Positions 40,957-54,489 of a stretch of 64,000 nt of DNA are shown here, one piece after another. The first letter of the stretch is position 1. Every line of letters starts with the position of its first letter. Made by a program: the position numbers and the translations under genes. Below the pieces are notes generated by a model that did no database searches, had not been told where the DNA came from, and saw only the letters and a list, made by a program, of their open reading frames with translations. Origin of the DNA: Diadema antillarum. Its lineage: Eukaryota. The DNA lies in NCBI RefSeq assembly GCF_040938485.1, contig NW_027271798.1:248001-312000 (forward strand), read 5' to 3'.

Positions 40957-41085
40957 GTCCAACAGAAACTAAGCAGTGCGGAGGTCAAGGCCACAAGAGC
41001 AAGAAATGACTACCTGCTGGTCACGGCTGCAGCTAATGCCACCATACAGAAGTACTTTGGGAAGAATGGGGCAGAGTTAGTTGAT
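40957..41085 (+). CDS. SRGAP: srGAP exon, F-BAR (VQQKLSSAEVKATRARNDYLLVTAAANATIQKYFGKNGAELVD)
   Basis: ctttag acceptor, GAT|gtgagt donor, 129 nt; contains the ARN(D/E)YLL motif typical of srGAP F-BAR domains. Confidence 0.95.
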
Positions 41086-41657
41086 GTGAGTCTGTCTGTA
41101 TTCAGGAGATACCTCACTGGCCTCCGTCCAGTGTTTTCATCTTATACTCAAAAGATGTAATCTTTGCCTCCCTCAGCTGAGGTACTCCCTTCAAGAATCA
41201 GCATCACGAAATTCTTTTCAACCAGTGTTTATGATAACTTACACTTTGTTGATGATGCAGTTGTCATGCATATCCTGTCTGTGAATTCACCTTTTGTCAA
41301 TTTTAACAAGTCAGTGATGTCTTGTATTTACAGTGTATGCTGTTATTATCATAAGGGTTTAATATTTGCAGATTTTGCAAATTACTGTTGGGCTGCCAAT
41401 TTGATAGCACACAAAAATATTAGGAAAGGACAGGTAGTAGTACAGAAGTATGAAGGTCTTGGTGTCAAATCGCAAAAGCAACATCTCATGAAAATGTCTG
41501 TGATCTCGTTTGTGAAAATATCTGTATGCAAAAATAACAGTTTTTGCAGTAAATAATGGAACAAATCATTCTGATTGTCATCTTAAGTGAAATTTTCATT
41601 AACTTTGGTACTTGTGTTTTGAAATATATTTGATTTTCTCCATTCCTTACTTCTAAA

Positions 41658-41820
41658 CTCGGGCAGATCCAGGAATTCCGTAAAGGGGAGGCACCTTTAC
41701 GAAATTAAAGGGGGGTGCAAGTGCCCCATCGCCATTTTTTTTCTTTTTATTTCTTTTATTTGAACAAAAAAATAAAGAGGGGGTGCGCGCCTGGTGCGCC
41801 CCCCTCTGGATCCGCCACTG
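41658..41820. mobile_element. short hAT-like MITE
   Basis: gggcagatccagg / ctggatccgccactg inverted ends (CAGTGGCGGATCCAG type); TSD not clear. Confidence 0.65.
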
Positions 41821-42634
41821 AAACTCTAACTAAATGTTTTTCCTGAAGCCTTTTTTTTTCTCTCAGGTAGTCACGATCTTTAGTAAGCAGTAATACAAGA
41901 GAAAGAATTGATAACATTGTAGGAATATATCTGCACTTTTTCATTAGATGAAAGTCACTGAAGCATCACAAATGGCATTATTTTATTCTGATAATTGGCA
42001 TGGAGCACAGATGGCATAACACGAGGCCTGTCATTCGTGAAGACTGTACTGACAGTCTCTCGGTGAATGACCTTGTGGAGGGGGATACGTTGTGGCCGCA
42101 AACTTGGCCTGCCTTTGTGCGAGTCAGTGTTGGGAACATCTTGGCAGCCCACACATGAGGTTTTGTAGCTGCAATGCATGGTCAGCCATGGGCTCCATGC
42201 AGCCTTCACACACAATGACTGCGATCATGCCTAGAACCAAATTGGGAAGCATTCCTTTTTAGTGGGCTTACTGGATAATATTTAGACACATGCTTCAAAA
42301 CAGGATATTTTCTTGATGTGACTCTGAAATTGGGCCACCTGTTATATTTGTGATACATACCATCTTTTTCACTTGGATCAACCAGGGTAGATAAGGCAAA
42401 AACACAGGGACCTTCATTGACTAGACATATTTGTGTAGTACCATGCAAACTAGCAGCTGATATACCTACTACAACTGTCAATCTTTTACACTGGTGACAC
42501 CTACCCTATCTATGTAACTGCATTGGTGTACAAACAAAATAGCATCAAGAAAAATGAGTGTGCTATATCAGGCATTTTATCATGTCTGCATATTGGAGAT
42601 TGTACATTCATGTTTTACATCTCAGGAACTGTTT

Positions 42635-42640
<6 letters not shown>

Positions 42641-42671
<31 letters not shown>

Positions 42672-44715
42672 ATTGCAATCGCTCTTCGTCCGACGTCCGG
42701 CGTGCATCGTGCGTCGTGCGTAAACTTTTACATTTTCATCTTCTTCTTGAGAACCCCTGGACCGATTTTCACCAAACTTGGCAGGTAGCATCCCTAGGGG
42801 GATAGGATTTCAATTTGTTCAAGTGGGCACCATACCCCACCTGGGGGGCCCCCAGAGGGGCCCAAACCCCCCAAAATTAAGGAATCTTAAAAAATCTTCT
42901 TCTCTAGAACCAGAAGTGATAGAGCTAAGTTTATACTATGAATTAGTACATTGATGACTGTAGTTTCAAGTTTGTTCATGGCGGAATCAGGGGTGCCCCC
43001 TTGGGACCCAGGGGAGGGGGGTGGGGAGGGGTCCTAATGGGGCCCAAATTGTACATTTTCATCTTTTTCTTGAAAATGCCATGATGAATTTTCACCAAAG
43101 TTGGCAGGTAGCATCCCTAGGGGGAAAGAATCTCATTACCATCAAATGGGCACTATGCCCCACCTGGGGGCCCCAGGGGGCCTAAATTTGGACCGAAATT
43201 GTAAATTTTCATCATTTTCTTGAAAACCCTATCACCAATTTTCACCAAACTTGGCAGGTAGCATCCCTAGGGGGATAGAATCTCAATTCCATCAAATGGG
43301 CATCATGCCCCACCTGGGGGGCCCCAGGGGTCCCACCCCCCTCCTGTCAGGAATCTTTACAGATTTTCTCTAGAACTGGAAGTGATTGAGCTACATATAC
43401 TGTAAGTTAACCCTAACTAGACCGGCTATTTAGGTAGCTGATCGAGCCGGGGGGGGGGGGCCTCCCAGGCCCCCCCCCTCCAGATCTCGGCCGTCGACCG
43501 TGCGATTGCGACGAAAATTGGCACACACATTGCCTATGATGTAATCTAAAATACCTTGAAGTTAATTTTTCAAAAAATTATCATTTATGCTAAATTATGC
43601 TAATTTATGCATAATGATGCATGAAATCAGACTATTTGGTATAAATCACAAAATAAAGCTCAAAACAGGCACAATTTTTGTGTTGGTATTCTTTTTAGTG
43701 TCCTTAGCAAATGTAATTAAAAAAAATTGTGATATCAGAAAAAATTCTTAAGTATTTTATTGTTTTTTGCATTTCTTATGTATTTCTCTGTTTTTTCAAC
43801 TTTATGTTTTTCATTGTTTTTTCGATGAAATTTGTCTGCGACATTGCTTCGAACAAGAAAATATGTTATTCATTGATTTTAATCAATAAAACACCAAAAT
43901 AATCATGCTTTTATGAAATTTGCCTGTAAGCACAGTTTGCATTGAAATTGTACACGAATTCACGTTTTTGAGCAATATTTGGTCTGACATGCATGTACAT
44001 ATTTATGCGTAACTTCTGAACCGCGCGCCCGGGCGTCGCAAATTTGGTGTCAAAAGATGCGGGAGACTTGAAAGAAAAAAGTCATGAAATGTTGCGGCGA
44101 TAGCTTTTTGCGATTGCGATACATCGCGCAGAACGTCGAGGGGGGAGGCCCCCCCGCCTAGTTAGGGTTAATACAATGAGTCAGTGTATTGATGACTGTT
44201 GTTTCAAGTTTGTTCATGGGAGAATCGGGGTGCCCCCCCACCCCCTTGGAACCCAAGGAAGCGGGATGGGATGGGGGTGTCCAAATGCGGGCCTAAATTT
44301 TCATCTTCTTGCTGAAAACAACATAATGGATTTTCACCAAACTCGTCAAGTAGCATTCCCATAGGAATAAGATCTCAAAGTGTTTGAATGGGCACCAGGC
44401 TTTCCTTGGGGGCCCCAGGGGTCCAAACCTCCTAAATTAATGAATATTAAATAATATTTTTCTCTAGTTCTTATCAGAAGTGATAGGGCTTTAAGACTTT
44501 TTTCCCAAGCTGCATAATCCAACATTCTATAAAGTACAGTGTACTTGGCAGGTATTTTTACCAGTGTGATGGAATATGTAAATGGACACCATGCCCCCAT
44601 TCTCAAAGCTACCCCCACCACAAGTTTCCAATGTTCTCAGGTAAGAGTCTGCAAGAATGCACGGTAGGTGAACTTGCGATACTCAGGTGAGCGTGTGACC
44701 CCCGGGTCTCTTGTT
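42641..44715 (+). mobile_element. non-autonomous Helentron (HINE-like) with tandem core repeats
   Basis: T-run insertion site; subterminal inverted repeats agctcacctgag / ctcaggtgagc; 3' hairpin gacccccgggtc then tcttgttt; four core repeats containing ttttcatc(t)tt...accaaacttggcaggtagcatccctaggggg. Confidence 0.85.
43411..44167. mobile_element. piggyBac-type MITE nested in the Helentron element
   Basis: TTAA|CCCTAACTAG...CTAGTTAGGG|TTAA; CCCT/AGGG termini with TTAA TSD. Confidence 0.92.
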
Positions 44716-45296
44716 TTATGGTGACATTAAAATTTGTTTCGATGATATACACATATCTTATCATTTTATTGCACTGTTACTGAATTTACTGTTGTTTTGA
44801 AGAGAACATGTACAATGTGTACCAGCAGACATGCACCAGGTAGTTGCTGTTCTATAAAGTAGCCTTGTAAAGTGTAAAATATTTGCAACAATAAATGCAC
44901 ACTTTTGATAAAAAGCATCTTGTTAGCTGGATACGATTTAATGCTGCTACTACGAAGTACTAGGGCATGATTTGATCATTACATATTACTTATATCGTCT
45001 ACCAACTCACTGCTGAACTGGGAGGGAGCTTCAGGAATAAAGTCATGTACTATGATTGAAATCATTTTGCACTTATGATTTCAAAATACTCCAAAACAAT
45101 TCCTTACCCGGGCAAATCGTGTCAGCCAGACAAGGTTCTTGGTAATCCCTTTTGATATATTGCAAGCAAATTCAAGAAGGTAAAAGATGAATTTTGAGTC
45201 CTTCTGAGAAGTATGTTCTAACTGTTAGTAGTTCAAGCAGGCTTCATCCATTGCATCTATAGAAAGTGTGATATTTGTCTTGTTTTATTGAATCAG

Positions 45297-45518
45297 TGCT
45301 TAGACCTTGGCTATGTGCGCAAGACACAGAAGATGCTGTACGCCTTCCAGGCCTCCCAGACCCAACTACTCAGACTCCAGCAGGAAGACCTGCAGCGGCT
45401 GGAGCTCAACATCCGCAGCATGAGTGCATCAAAGGACAAGGACAGCTTCCTGGAGACCCATCGCCATGCCTTCACCACGCCTGAGACATTCCAATTCATC
45501 CCCCACGGAGGAGACACG
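45297..45518 (+). CDS. SRGAP: srGAP exon, end of F-BAR (CLDLGYVRK...HRHAFTTPETFQFIPHGGDT)
   Basis: aatcag acceptor, ACG|gtgagt donor, 222 nt, phase 0-0; CxDLGY and FxFxPHxGD motifs. Confidence 0.95.
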
Positions 45519-45699
45519 GTGAGTTACTGAGGAGCCCCTCCAATGGTCTCTGGGTAGGGATTGTCATGGCATGGCTACTGACAGTGTACACATTTTATTA
45601 TGCCTGCTGAATGTGTGCTATGCAGCCGAATCAAAGTACCCAAGAGCACTCACTGACATAGGTGCCTTCAATATGAACTTCTTTGCCCTGCTCAAGCTA

Positions 45700-46264
45700 T
45701 TAAAGGACAAGTCCACCTTCATATACATAAGGACTGAGAGAATACAGCAATATTAGTTGAACATATCAGTGAAAGTTTGAGGAAAATTGGACAATCCGTT
45801 CAAAAGTTACGAATATTTTAAGTATCTGCGCAGTAACTGCTGGAAGAGAAGACTACTACAGTGTATGATGTCACATGCGTACAACTATATAAGGAAAACA
45901 AAAAGAGAATTTCACAAAACTTTACTTTTTGAATAAAGTGCACATTTCTTCGACTTGCTACTGACGTATGTTAAGGGTAATATTATTCTCCCTGCCTTCT
46001 GAAAGAGAGAAGTCAGATGTTCTTTTGTTATGCGAGAAAAATGGAAATATGTTGAATTTTCTTTATTCTTTCTTTATATCGTTGTACTCATGTGACATCA
46101 CAAGCTAGTAGCCTTTTCATCCAGCCGTGACTGAGCAGAAACTTCAAAAATTCATAACTTTTTAACAGATTGTCCGATTTTGCTCAAACTCTCACTGATG
46201 TGTTCTACTAATATTGCTGCATTCACTCAACCCACATGTCTATGAAGGTGAACTTGTCCTTTAA
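45700..46264. mobile_element. TTAA-flanked MITE, family B copy 2
   Basis: ttaaaggacaagtccaccttcat...atgaaggtgaacttgtcctttaa; collinear with 12159-12735. Confidence 0.9.
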
Positions 46265-47078
46265 TAACAAATAACAATGAATGGTTTGTTAATGAGTGCA
46301 CCACTTGTACATAGTATGTAGATGGCTGTGGCTGTCCTGCACTCATTGTGTCCATACGGAAATTGAGAGAAATACAAGAATACATTAAATGCCAAAATGA
46401 TAGAAAGTCAAAATAACAGTTCTTAGTGTTTCATGGCAGTGGTATTATATAGGATAGAGTCTGTTGAAGCATCATGTTTTATGATTTTATAGTATCAGAA
46501 TTATGTATGTTTCCCTTCATTCTCCCAGGGCTGATTTGAAAGCAGATCTCTTGATTCATAGATGAAATGTACCCTCTCAATATTACAAGCATTTCATTCA
46601 CCATAAGTTCAGTGCAAATGGTGCTCCAGTGTAGTCATCATAGTATTTGCTATCTTTTACTGTTAAATGTGATATTTCTTTAGATATCCTTAAAGAGAGG
46701 CTTTTGAATGATGTGAATACTAACTCAGATATCTTTCCCTTACCAGTGCTAATTGCCATCTATATCAGTTTTAAAAGTAATTAGGTAGGCATCTCAAAAT
46801 GACATTCCATTTATTCAAATGCAACTGAGATCATTGTTTACACTTGTATGATTTGCATCTGACGGGACAGCACATCCATCAGCTTATAGCATTATCTGAT
46901 GTTGTTCAAATACAGTTGAACAAACACATTCTCAGAAGTCTCGTCAGCTTTATGCAGTGTATGAGTGTGTCCAGCATGTGCCGCCGAGTCCTTGCATTGC
47001 ATCCACTCCCAATGCACTTTGTGCCTTGTGAGATGAGATGTGAATCAGTCTTCCCACATCTTTTCTCATGGTTTTCAG

Positions 47079-47183
47079 ACGACCACGATGGTGGCCGATA
47101 TCTACCCGCTCTCCGAGGAACTGAAATCAAAGTCTGACAATCTGAGTGGCCGCATCAAGCACCTAGAGACAGACACGAATGAG
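47079..47183 (+). CDS. SRGAP: srGAP exon, F-BAR extension coiled coil (TTTMVADIYPLSEELKSKSDNLSGRIKHLETDTNE)
   Basis: ttttcag acceptor, GAG|gtgagc donor, 105 nt, phase 0-0; position and character match ELMLRYQQLQSRLATLKIENEE. Confidence 0.88.
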
Positions 47184-48229
47184 GTGAGCAACTTTCCTCT
47201 CCTGCGTCAATATTTGAAGAGACGAGAAGAGTTGGGGTGAATGGTGTGAGTGAGTGGCGGACAAATAGATTTGTCTGGGATTGGTTGGCCGTGCTGGGCA
47301 AATTCTGGAATAGACAAAATTTTATGCATAATTTTTTTTCCCCACTTCGACTGCTGGGTGATGTACCAAGCTTTGAGTGTGATGTGCAAACATTTGGGAC
47401 TCTTACTGAGCTCAAACTGGGCAGCCGTCACTCTGAAAGGAATTTCAATTTTTGCACAGTCGATCCATGTGGATCGCTACTTCATCATGAATGCATGAGA
47501 TAAAGAAATGTTTGCTCGAATGACCAAAGATATCTTTGTATCAAGTCAGTGTAATATCAAACAGACCACGGGTAAGGAGTGAAAGTACTTGATGAAATGT
47601 CGCAGATTATACAGCTGCTGTGAAGATAATCTCCAACCATATAAATATAAGGGCTTATTGGGCTCAATTATCCTGTTGATCTTTGGTAACATGAAGGCAA
47701 GATTAGCTTTAGTAGAGAACTATTTTTTTTATTTTGAGCAGCCTGAGATGACATCATTGTTTTCCCTCTACCCTAGCCTTTTGACAAGGCCTCTTGGCTG
47801 AGGCTTGGAATAAAGACTAACTTCAAGGCAACGAGTAAGTGCAAGACCAAGTTGCGCAGCCCCCTTTTATAATCTGACATGAATTTCTTATTTCACAACT
47901 TTATTTCTTCTCGATTTTGCTACCCAAAAGGTAGCAACCAACCAGAGACCACATTACTCACAATGACATCAGTGTGTTATAAATATGCATAAGCATGCAA
48001 ATACTGTAGCTTGCTCATCGGGACTCTCTAGCGCAGCCTAGAAATCAGCTCATACTATAGTATACCACTATGATTAATTCATGAGAACATGAATCTTTTT
48101 CTTTGTATGGCACAATGTGCCTGGTTGATGGTTGATACCATTTGCTGGCTATTGCTAGTCACCTGGAGCAAACCGCAAGGGGTTGGCATCATTTGCCCAT
48201 TTTCTGGTGCAGACTTGCAGGAGGACAAG

Positions 48230-48425
48230 TTTACCATGTTAGCACCCACTCTTTGTGATGAATGAAGTAGGATCTTTTACGTGAGTGAGTCATGAATCCG
48301 TCACACTTGTGAACTCCATCTACTAAATGTCCTACCTGAGGAACAGAGCAATTTACACTCAATGGGAATCGAACCCGAGTTGGTTGATTGTGATACAGGT
48401 TTGCTACTGACTGAACCATACCGCC
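48230..48425 (-). mobile_element. degenerate tRNA-derived SINE
   Basis: on the minus strand, A-box-like tggttcagtcagta and B-box gggttcgattccc followed by non-tRNA body; no complete cloverleaf. Confidence 0.55.
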
Positions 48426-48490
48426 CTATAACATGAACAATTCATACAATCACGTACATAGTGAAGTGGCAGGGAAAACCTAAGTTTCAA

Positions 48491-48585
48491 AAGGCCTCAT
48501 GGCTGCGCCACTTGGTCTCGCGTTCACCCCTTGCACGCGATACTCGTTGCGGCGAGTTAGTCTCATTCCTCAGCCACGAGGCCTT
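48491..48585. repeat. inverted-repeat (MITE core) remnant
   Basis: aaggcctcatggctg / cagccacgaggcctt arms around a CpG-rich centre. Confidence 0.55.
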
Positions 48586-50569
48586 GTCAAAAGGCTACCG
48601 CTCCCCCTGTTCCTCTCACCCATGGGGAGCAAGGCATCTTGAAAAGCCATCAGTGAGAATGGAACACCTGCAATGTCGGCGTAGATTATTCCATGAGTAG
48701 CTCCAGATGGGAGTCATGCTGAACCACATCCCTCCCCATTTATTAATCACGATACCAGAGGGGTGGTGGTGAGGATCACAGACATGAGAATTGCCTTTGT
48801 GCCTCTCATCCAGGGCCTGCCAGAGCCACAGCTAGGGCTTTCACACTTTACTGACTACTTGTATAAAACATGTTTCTAAACACAATTCATGCTAGTCTTA
48901 ATTTGTATTTTTTCTTGTTTAAATCTAAATGCAAACTTCAATTCTGTTCAAGTGCTTAAGTCTTTATAGTTTGCATTGATAGTTTCATAGTCTGACCTCT
49001 AGAAGCGATTGGGGAGGTGGAGTCTGCCTGAACATGTACTCACTTCCTCAGTGGTGTGTACATATAATATACAACATATGCAGCATATCGAGAGTTACAC
49101 ATTTGATTTACAGGAATTGGTACTTGTGACGCAGCTATTGCATGCAATGTTCATCTGCAAATAGTTGTCAGCAAGGCAATTATGCAAGTGTATGCATGCC
49201 CAGTAACTCTAAATACTTTTGGAAATGCATTTCAAAAGATGATTAAAACAAGTTTGTTTGTTTGTATGTTTGCTTTTTGTATGATAGTGAAAGCCCCCTA
49301 CATGCACACATCATGGTTTTGAGTCCTAGGTTGAGAAAGGTTCTACTACAACTAATTACAGAGAGGATGATGTATCCTAGACAAAGAAAAAATGTATTCT
49401 TACAATGAGATTCATAGGGAGATCCTCTTGTCTTTAGGGCCTATATTGGATTTCAGATGCAATTGAAAATGAAAACTATGCTTGCACATATACAATATAC
49501 AATGATATTCATCACTCAAATTTTCAGTTTATTTTCATGACATTCAGCAGGACTATGAATTGAAATAAATGTAATATCATAATGAAAATTAGTATTATTT
49601 TTTGTATTATTGTCTCCCTCAAAAGCCATATTCCCTGTCAGAAATCTAGCCTTGTGAGAGTGCACTTCTCCATCTGTGTTATTGATCTTGTAGCTTAGTG
49701 TGTATAGACTGGCTGTATGTGCGCTCGTGGAAGCATACATGATATGTTTGGTGTGCCGTCTTTGATACCGCTCACACAGCGTAATGTCTTCCCATATATG
49801 TGATGAGAGAGATGGCAGGGTAATCAGTGTTCCTAGACCGTAACGAATTGAACCTTGATTTTGTTTTAACGAGCGGCAAGGAGAGGTTGCCCCTGATTAA
49901 CGGCAGATAATTATGACTCGAGAGAGCTAGAGCGAAACCTGGCGGCCCATTTTGCAGTTAGAGACTGGATTTTTACTTCATCCGAAGTATGGTCTGTACA
50001 GTCATCTGTCTGTGGGGTTCTAGGAATCTATTAGGATCTGGTGCCAACCAATATTTGTACACCATAGGATATCCTTGTTGTCATTAAATTGTGTAGTAGA
50101 TGAAGAGATCCTTGTTTACTGGAAATATAGATAGGAAAATATCTACAAATAGATGTAACATATAGATATGATGTATATTATGCACATTGAGTAATACATA
50201 AATGAGTATTGAATAGAAAGGTAAATGGACAAAGTGTTATACATGTATTTATACAATATTGTCGCTTTTCAGAAGGAAGTTGTTGAGGAATAGATGATTT
50301 TACTGTTTCAAAAATACTTAGTATCAAATGGATCACTCAAAAGTTATTTTCCATTTTCTGTATTAGCTGTGACATACATTGTACACCCAATATTATGTAT
50401 TGTAGAAGGTAGTTTAAACAATAGTATGAAAATTTCAGTGTTTGAAGTAAAGATGTTTGTGTCCATTGTGTCATGCAGTATATTATAAACAGAAATAACT
50501 TTGTTCAGTATATTTAAGGTCTGTTGGATGTTTGACCTCAAATTATTGAAGTGATCCCAAGTTTAGCAT

Positions 50570-50761
50570 TACAGTGGACTCCCATTATAACGAAGTCCTC
50601 GGGACTGGCAATTTTCTTTCATTATATCGAAATTTCGTTATAACAGAACATATAAACAATAAAAAAAAAAATAGAGTGGATAACGTTTCAGCCTGAATTT
50701 GTACTTCATGGTAACCGGAATTTCGTTATAATCTTGTTCGTTATAACGGGAGTGCACTGTA
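50570..50761. mobile_element. TA-flanked MITE family D
   Basis: tacagtggactcccattataacga / tcgttataacgggagtgcactgta. Confidence 0.88.
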
Positions 50762-52751
50762 TCATTAGGCCTGCTTAGTTAAATTGATTGATCATAAGGA
50801 TTCTAGTATTCTTTCTCCCTCCCTCTGCACATTCTGTCTGACTGTATATACTTGCAAGCATACCTATGTGTGGGTGTGTGTACAGCCCAGATTGTAATAG
50901 AGTTTAGCTTCAATCCAAAACAAATACTGGAGTGCTCTTTTAGCTCATGATAAGCAAAATGGGAATAACGGAACAATTTTCCCAACTTACCAGTGTGAGA
51001 AATGTACTTTGTCCTTTGTCATTCTGTTTGCCTGTAGTATGGGGGGGGGGGGTGATTGGCTTTGTTTGTTTGTTTTTTTAGTCACAGCAGCATGTCATAT
51101 TTGCTTTCGTGTCGCAGGTGACTTTTATCAGAGAAACAAAGATAAAGAAATCTGGATACAATTACTGCCAACCTCATGTGTAGGCACAACTAAGATGCGT
51201 TCCTGTTAGTTGATATCCTTCAAATGGTTCCATGACATTTGTTTGTGCAACAATTGCTCTCATGAAATATCTGCATGCTAAGCCAAACATAAATCTTACC
51301 CACAAACATAATCCTAGCCCTTATCCCAATCCTCACATCAAACTATAACTGAAACTTTATTACAACCCTAACCCTAAGTCCTTGGAGAAAATAACACTGG
51401 AAACATTGTTGCAGGAGCAAATGCAGTGTCAGGCCTTCAAATAGACTGCATGAAACAAAGGAGCTGCATGCTTTTGTAATGAAACGTGACCTGAAATTCT
51501 CTGATAAAAGACAGTGAACACTATGTACTGTGCCAGGGTTGTGTTTGAAGAGATTCTGCCACCCAGACTTAAAGTGTGGGAGGTGAAAGAAGGCATACTG
51601 GCCAACCTAGATAGGATTCTAGCCTCTTACAAACATTTGCCTTCTGTGTGCAGAAATCAAAGTCAAAATACATTGTGTCCCAGATAGTCTCTGTGCGTGG
51701 GCAATTAGCAAAATGATGGAGTATATATGCATGCTTGATTTGTGTCTGCATACTCTCACTGTGTGCTGTCATAACCAATTCCTGGCAAATTGATCAAATC
51801 CTTTTTATGACCAAGCCTTGTCTCATGACCAAGCCTTGTCTCATAACCACACACAGATGTATCTGCCTAACTTGCCACAGAGACTGTTCATTATCTTGAA
51901 TATAAAAATGTTGCCGTACATCATCAATCATAATCAGTTGTAATAAGTGAAACCCTTGACTCTGATATACTTCAAAACCCTATTAATGTATTACATCAAA
52001 TTCTAATATTCTCATTATTGTCAAGCATTTCTTCTCATGATAGAACCTGTTTGCTCTCTATACTTTGGAAAGATTATTGCAATACTGCCTGATGAATCAA
52101 AACTAATTAGTGCAGATTTACATTAGTGGAAATTGTTGGTGTGTAGCTTACCATCATGGGAAACTTAATTGTAAAACCAAAAACATCCGTGGCATGAAAC
52201 TTTTATGAATTGCTGACCATGCAAAAATCACAAGTATATTACATGTACTAGTAAAACGGATTTGTTGAACACGCACTGCTGGTTGATATAAAACACACAA
52301 CAAAACTGAATGCGCACTACTAAACATGCATAGGAGTAGTTGACTTCAGAATTATTACTCAGCCTGACTTGAGCTGTAACATGCACAAGTGTATACATAC
52401 AGTACTCGTATGTATGAATTGGATTAATTCCATTACTTGGAAGGTGTAACTGCTTATTCCTCTTGAGTGTACCTTAAACATACTGGAAATAACAAACTGT
52501 GCACTTTTATACATCGTGAACCTTGCCTATCGATCTGCAACAGTGAAGAAAAAAAGCACTCTATTGCGTATCTTACTTTTGCAGATCTGTGCTCTTTGTG
52601 AAATTTTTGAAAGTTTCATGCACAAGGAAAATTTCTGGTTTTACCATAGTCGTACAGCTTGTACAGTTTAGTGACTTTAATGTGTAAAAATTTTAGATTG
52701 AGATCAGTTCAGCGTATCCCCTACCTGACCCACTATTCCGTTGATGTGTAG

Positions 52752-52934
52752 ATCATGAAGACGCTACAAGACATGCAGAAGATGTGGGCAGACGACACTA
52801 CAAACCTGGCTGATGAGGAGGTGCAGGCACAGTTCCGCATCCTGAAGGCGCACGACTCCAACGCAGAACTGTCGAGGGTGCCCTCCATGAAGCGACCTCG
52901 CAGCAACCAGGAGAAGGAGCTCTACTTTCTCGGT
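52752..52934 (+). CDS. SRGAP: srGAP exon (IMKTLQDMQKMW...PSMKRPRSNQEKELYFLG)
   Basis: tgtag acceptor, GGT|gtaagt donor, 183 nt; resembles KPSIAKRRANQQETEQFY. Confidence 0.9.
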
Positions 52935-53471
52935 GTAAGTCTCACGCGTCAACGCTTCCTGCTGAACAGCACTGGAACTTTCTTTTCTGTTTGAAATTGT
53001 GCGGCCTTAATGCCAGTGAATGCAGTTTGTGATATGCATGTTTTTGTTTTCTAGATGCATTATTATGTGTGACGTCAGTGACGCTTGATTGGGAAAGTAC
53101 AGTAGATTAAAGATCATTGGATGTCAGCTCTTGAATAGACAATTAAGCCTGTATGTCTTTAAAAGTGTGAAGATTCTTGTTAAACTTCCTAACTTCTTAC
53201 TCTCTTTGATGAAATAGATGATTCTCTTATGCATTTTTGTTTGTTGTTCTTCAGCTGTATTGCAAAATCGTGTCAATGCACTTGAAAAATAAAACCTTCA
53301 GGTTTTATTACACTCGATATCATGGGCAGTAGAGTGTGCATGAATGTAATCTACAAACAGATAAACAATCCAGGGAAAACTGAAGAAATTGTCCAAGCAG
53401 CATGCAAGATGTAGGTTAACCAACCCAGACTTAGGTCATCATATTTTCTTTCTTTTCTTCCTCCATATCAG

Positions 53472-53556
53472 AAATTCAAAGAGAACCTTGAGAAAGGGAA
53501 TGCATTGGCACGTATGCAGTCCAGACAGGAGCTGATGAAGGCAGCATTGGGATCAG
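53472..53556 (+). CDS. SRGAP: srGAP exon (KFKENLEKGNALARMQSRQELMKAALGS)
   Basis: long polypyrimidine tract plus atcag acceptor, CAG|gtaaga donor, 85 nt, phase 0-1; resembles KLREYLEGSNLITKLQAKHDLLQRTLG. Confidence 0.92.
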
Positions 53557-54458
53557 GTAAGATAGACGTAGAGTCTCTTTCCTCTGACGGCAGAAACTTG
53601 ATGGTAGGGTTTTACTGTCAATGTTTATTGCAATTCTGTGCCCTTCATGTCAACTGTGTCCATTTTGTGCGAAGATAGCATCACATGTGTGGAATTTGAA
53701 CTCCAGACAGTATAGGGAGTTGGAAGTGTGAAATGCAGGGCAGTGGAATAGTTTGGTTTGCTGTAGAGTTCCTTAAGAGTCGTTGAGATAAAGCTTTCAT
53801 GTTCAGATACTTAATGACCATGAGTAAGGTATTTCAGGAAGTCTTTGCATGGTACCGTTGCCAGTTTGTGGCAACGAGCAGAATGCCCTTCAGGCGTTCC
53901 AAAGCTTGTTGAATTTTCAAAAAATCCTGATTAAAAAAAAGACACACACAAATTTGGCAAAGTTCGTACGAATACATATGAATTTATATGAAAACTAGAA
54001 GCTTAATTGCAGATTAACAAAGTAACACAGGTGTATTCAAGTTGCCACATTTGAGATGTTATGTCTTCTAAAAACTAGCTACAATTTGTATCTTAGCTTT
54101 ATGAAGTCACCTGAGTGTTTCTCTCCATTTGATGAATTGACAAAAGAGTTCATCTGTGGAGAAGTGTGATGGTGGGTATTAGGTCTGGATTTTATTCCAG
54201 GGATTTCACTCCCATTGTCGTGGTGAATTCCCACCGTCTAGATTCCAAAGATGTGTATTAGTGTTAAAATTGCTTATAAAAACAAGACAATTTCATGAAA
54301 GGTAGAAGTTTATATGATGAAAGTAAAATGACAATCTTAAATTTTAAAGTGGGTTGTTACAGGGATGATACTTGGCCATTTTAGAGGATGGTGCTGATAT
54401 AACATTTTTGGCTGCGATTACTCATTGAATTGTCTGATTTTGTTAATTTTTTTTTCAG

Positions 54459-54489
54459 CCCATGAATCCAGTGGCACCTCTGGCTCAAG
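54459..54489 (+). CDS. SRGAP: srGAP 31-nt microexon (AHESSGTSGSR)
   Basis: poly-T-cag acceptor, AAG|gtatgt donor; phase 1-2 is exactly what is needed to join the flanking exons (53556 ends phase 1, 55418 starts phase 2). Confidence 0.82.

Noticed and set aside
48360-48425. Possible tRNA gene
   Set aside because: Has A/B boxes but no convincing acceptor or anticodon stems; better explained as a SINE head.
51118-51180. AG-GT segment (GDFYQRNKDKEIWIQLLPTSC) as a cassette exon
   Set aside because: The open frame is phase 1-0 whereas the flanking srGAP exons require phase 0-0; the phase-0 frame runs into a stop and there is no homology.
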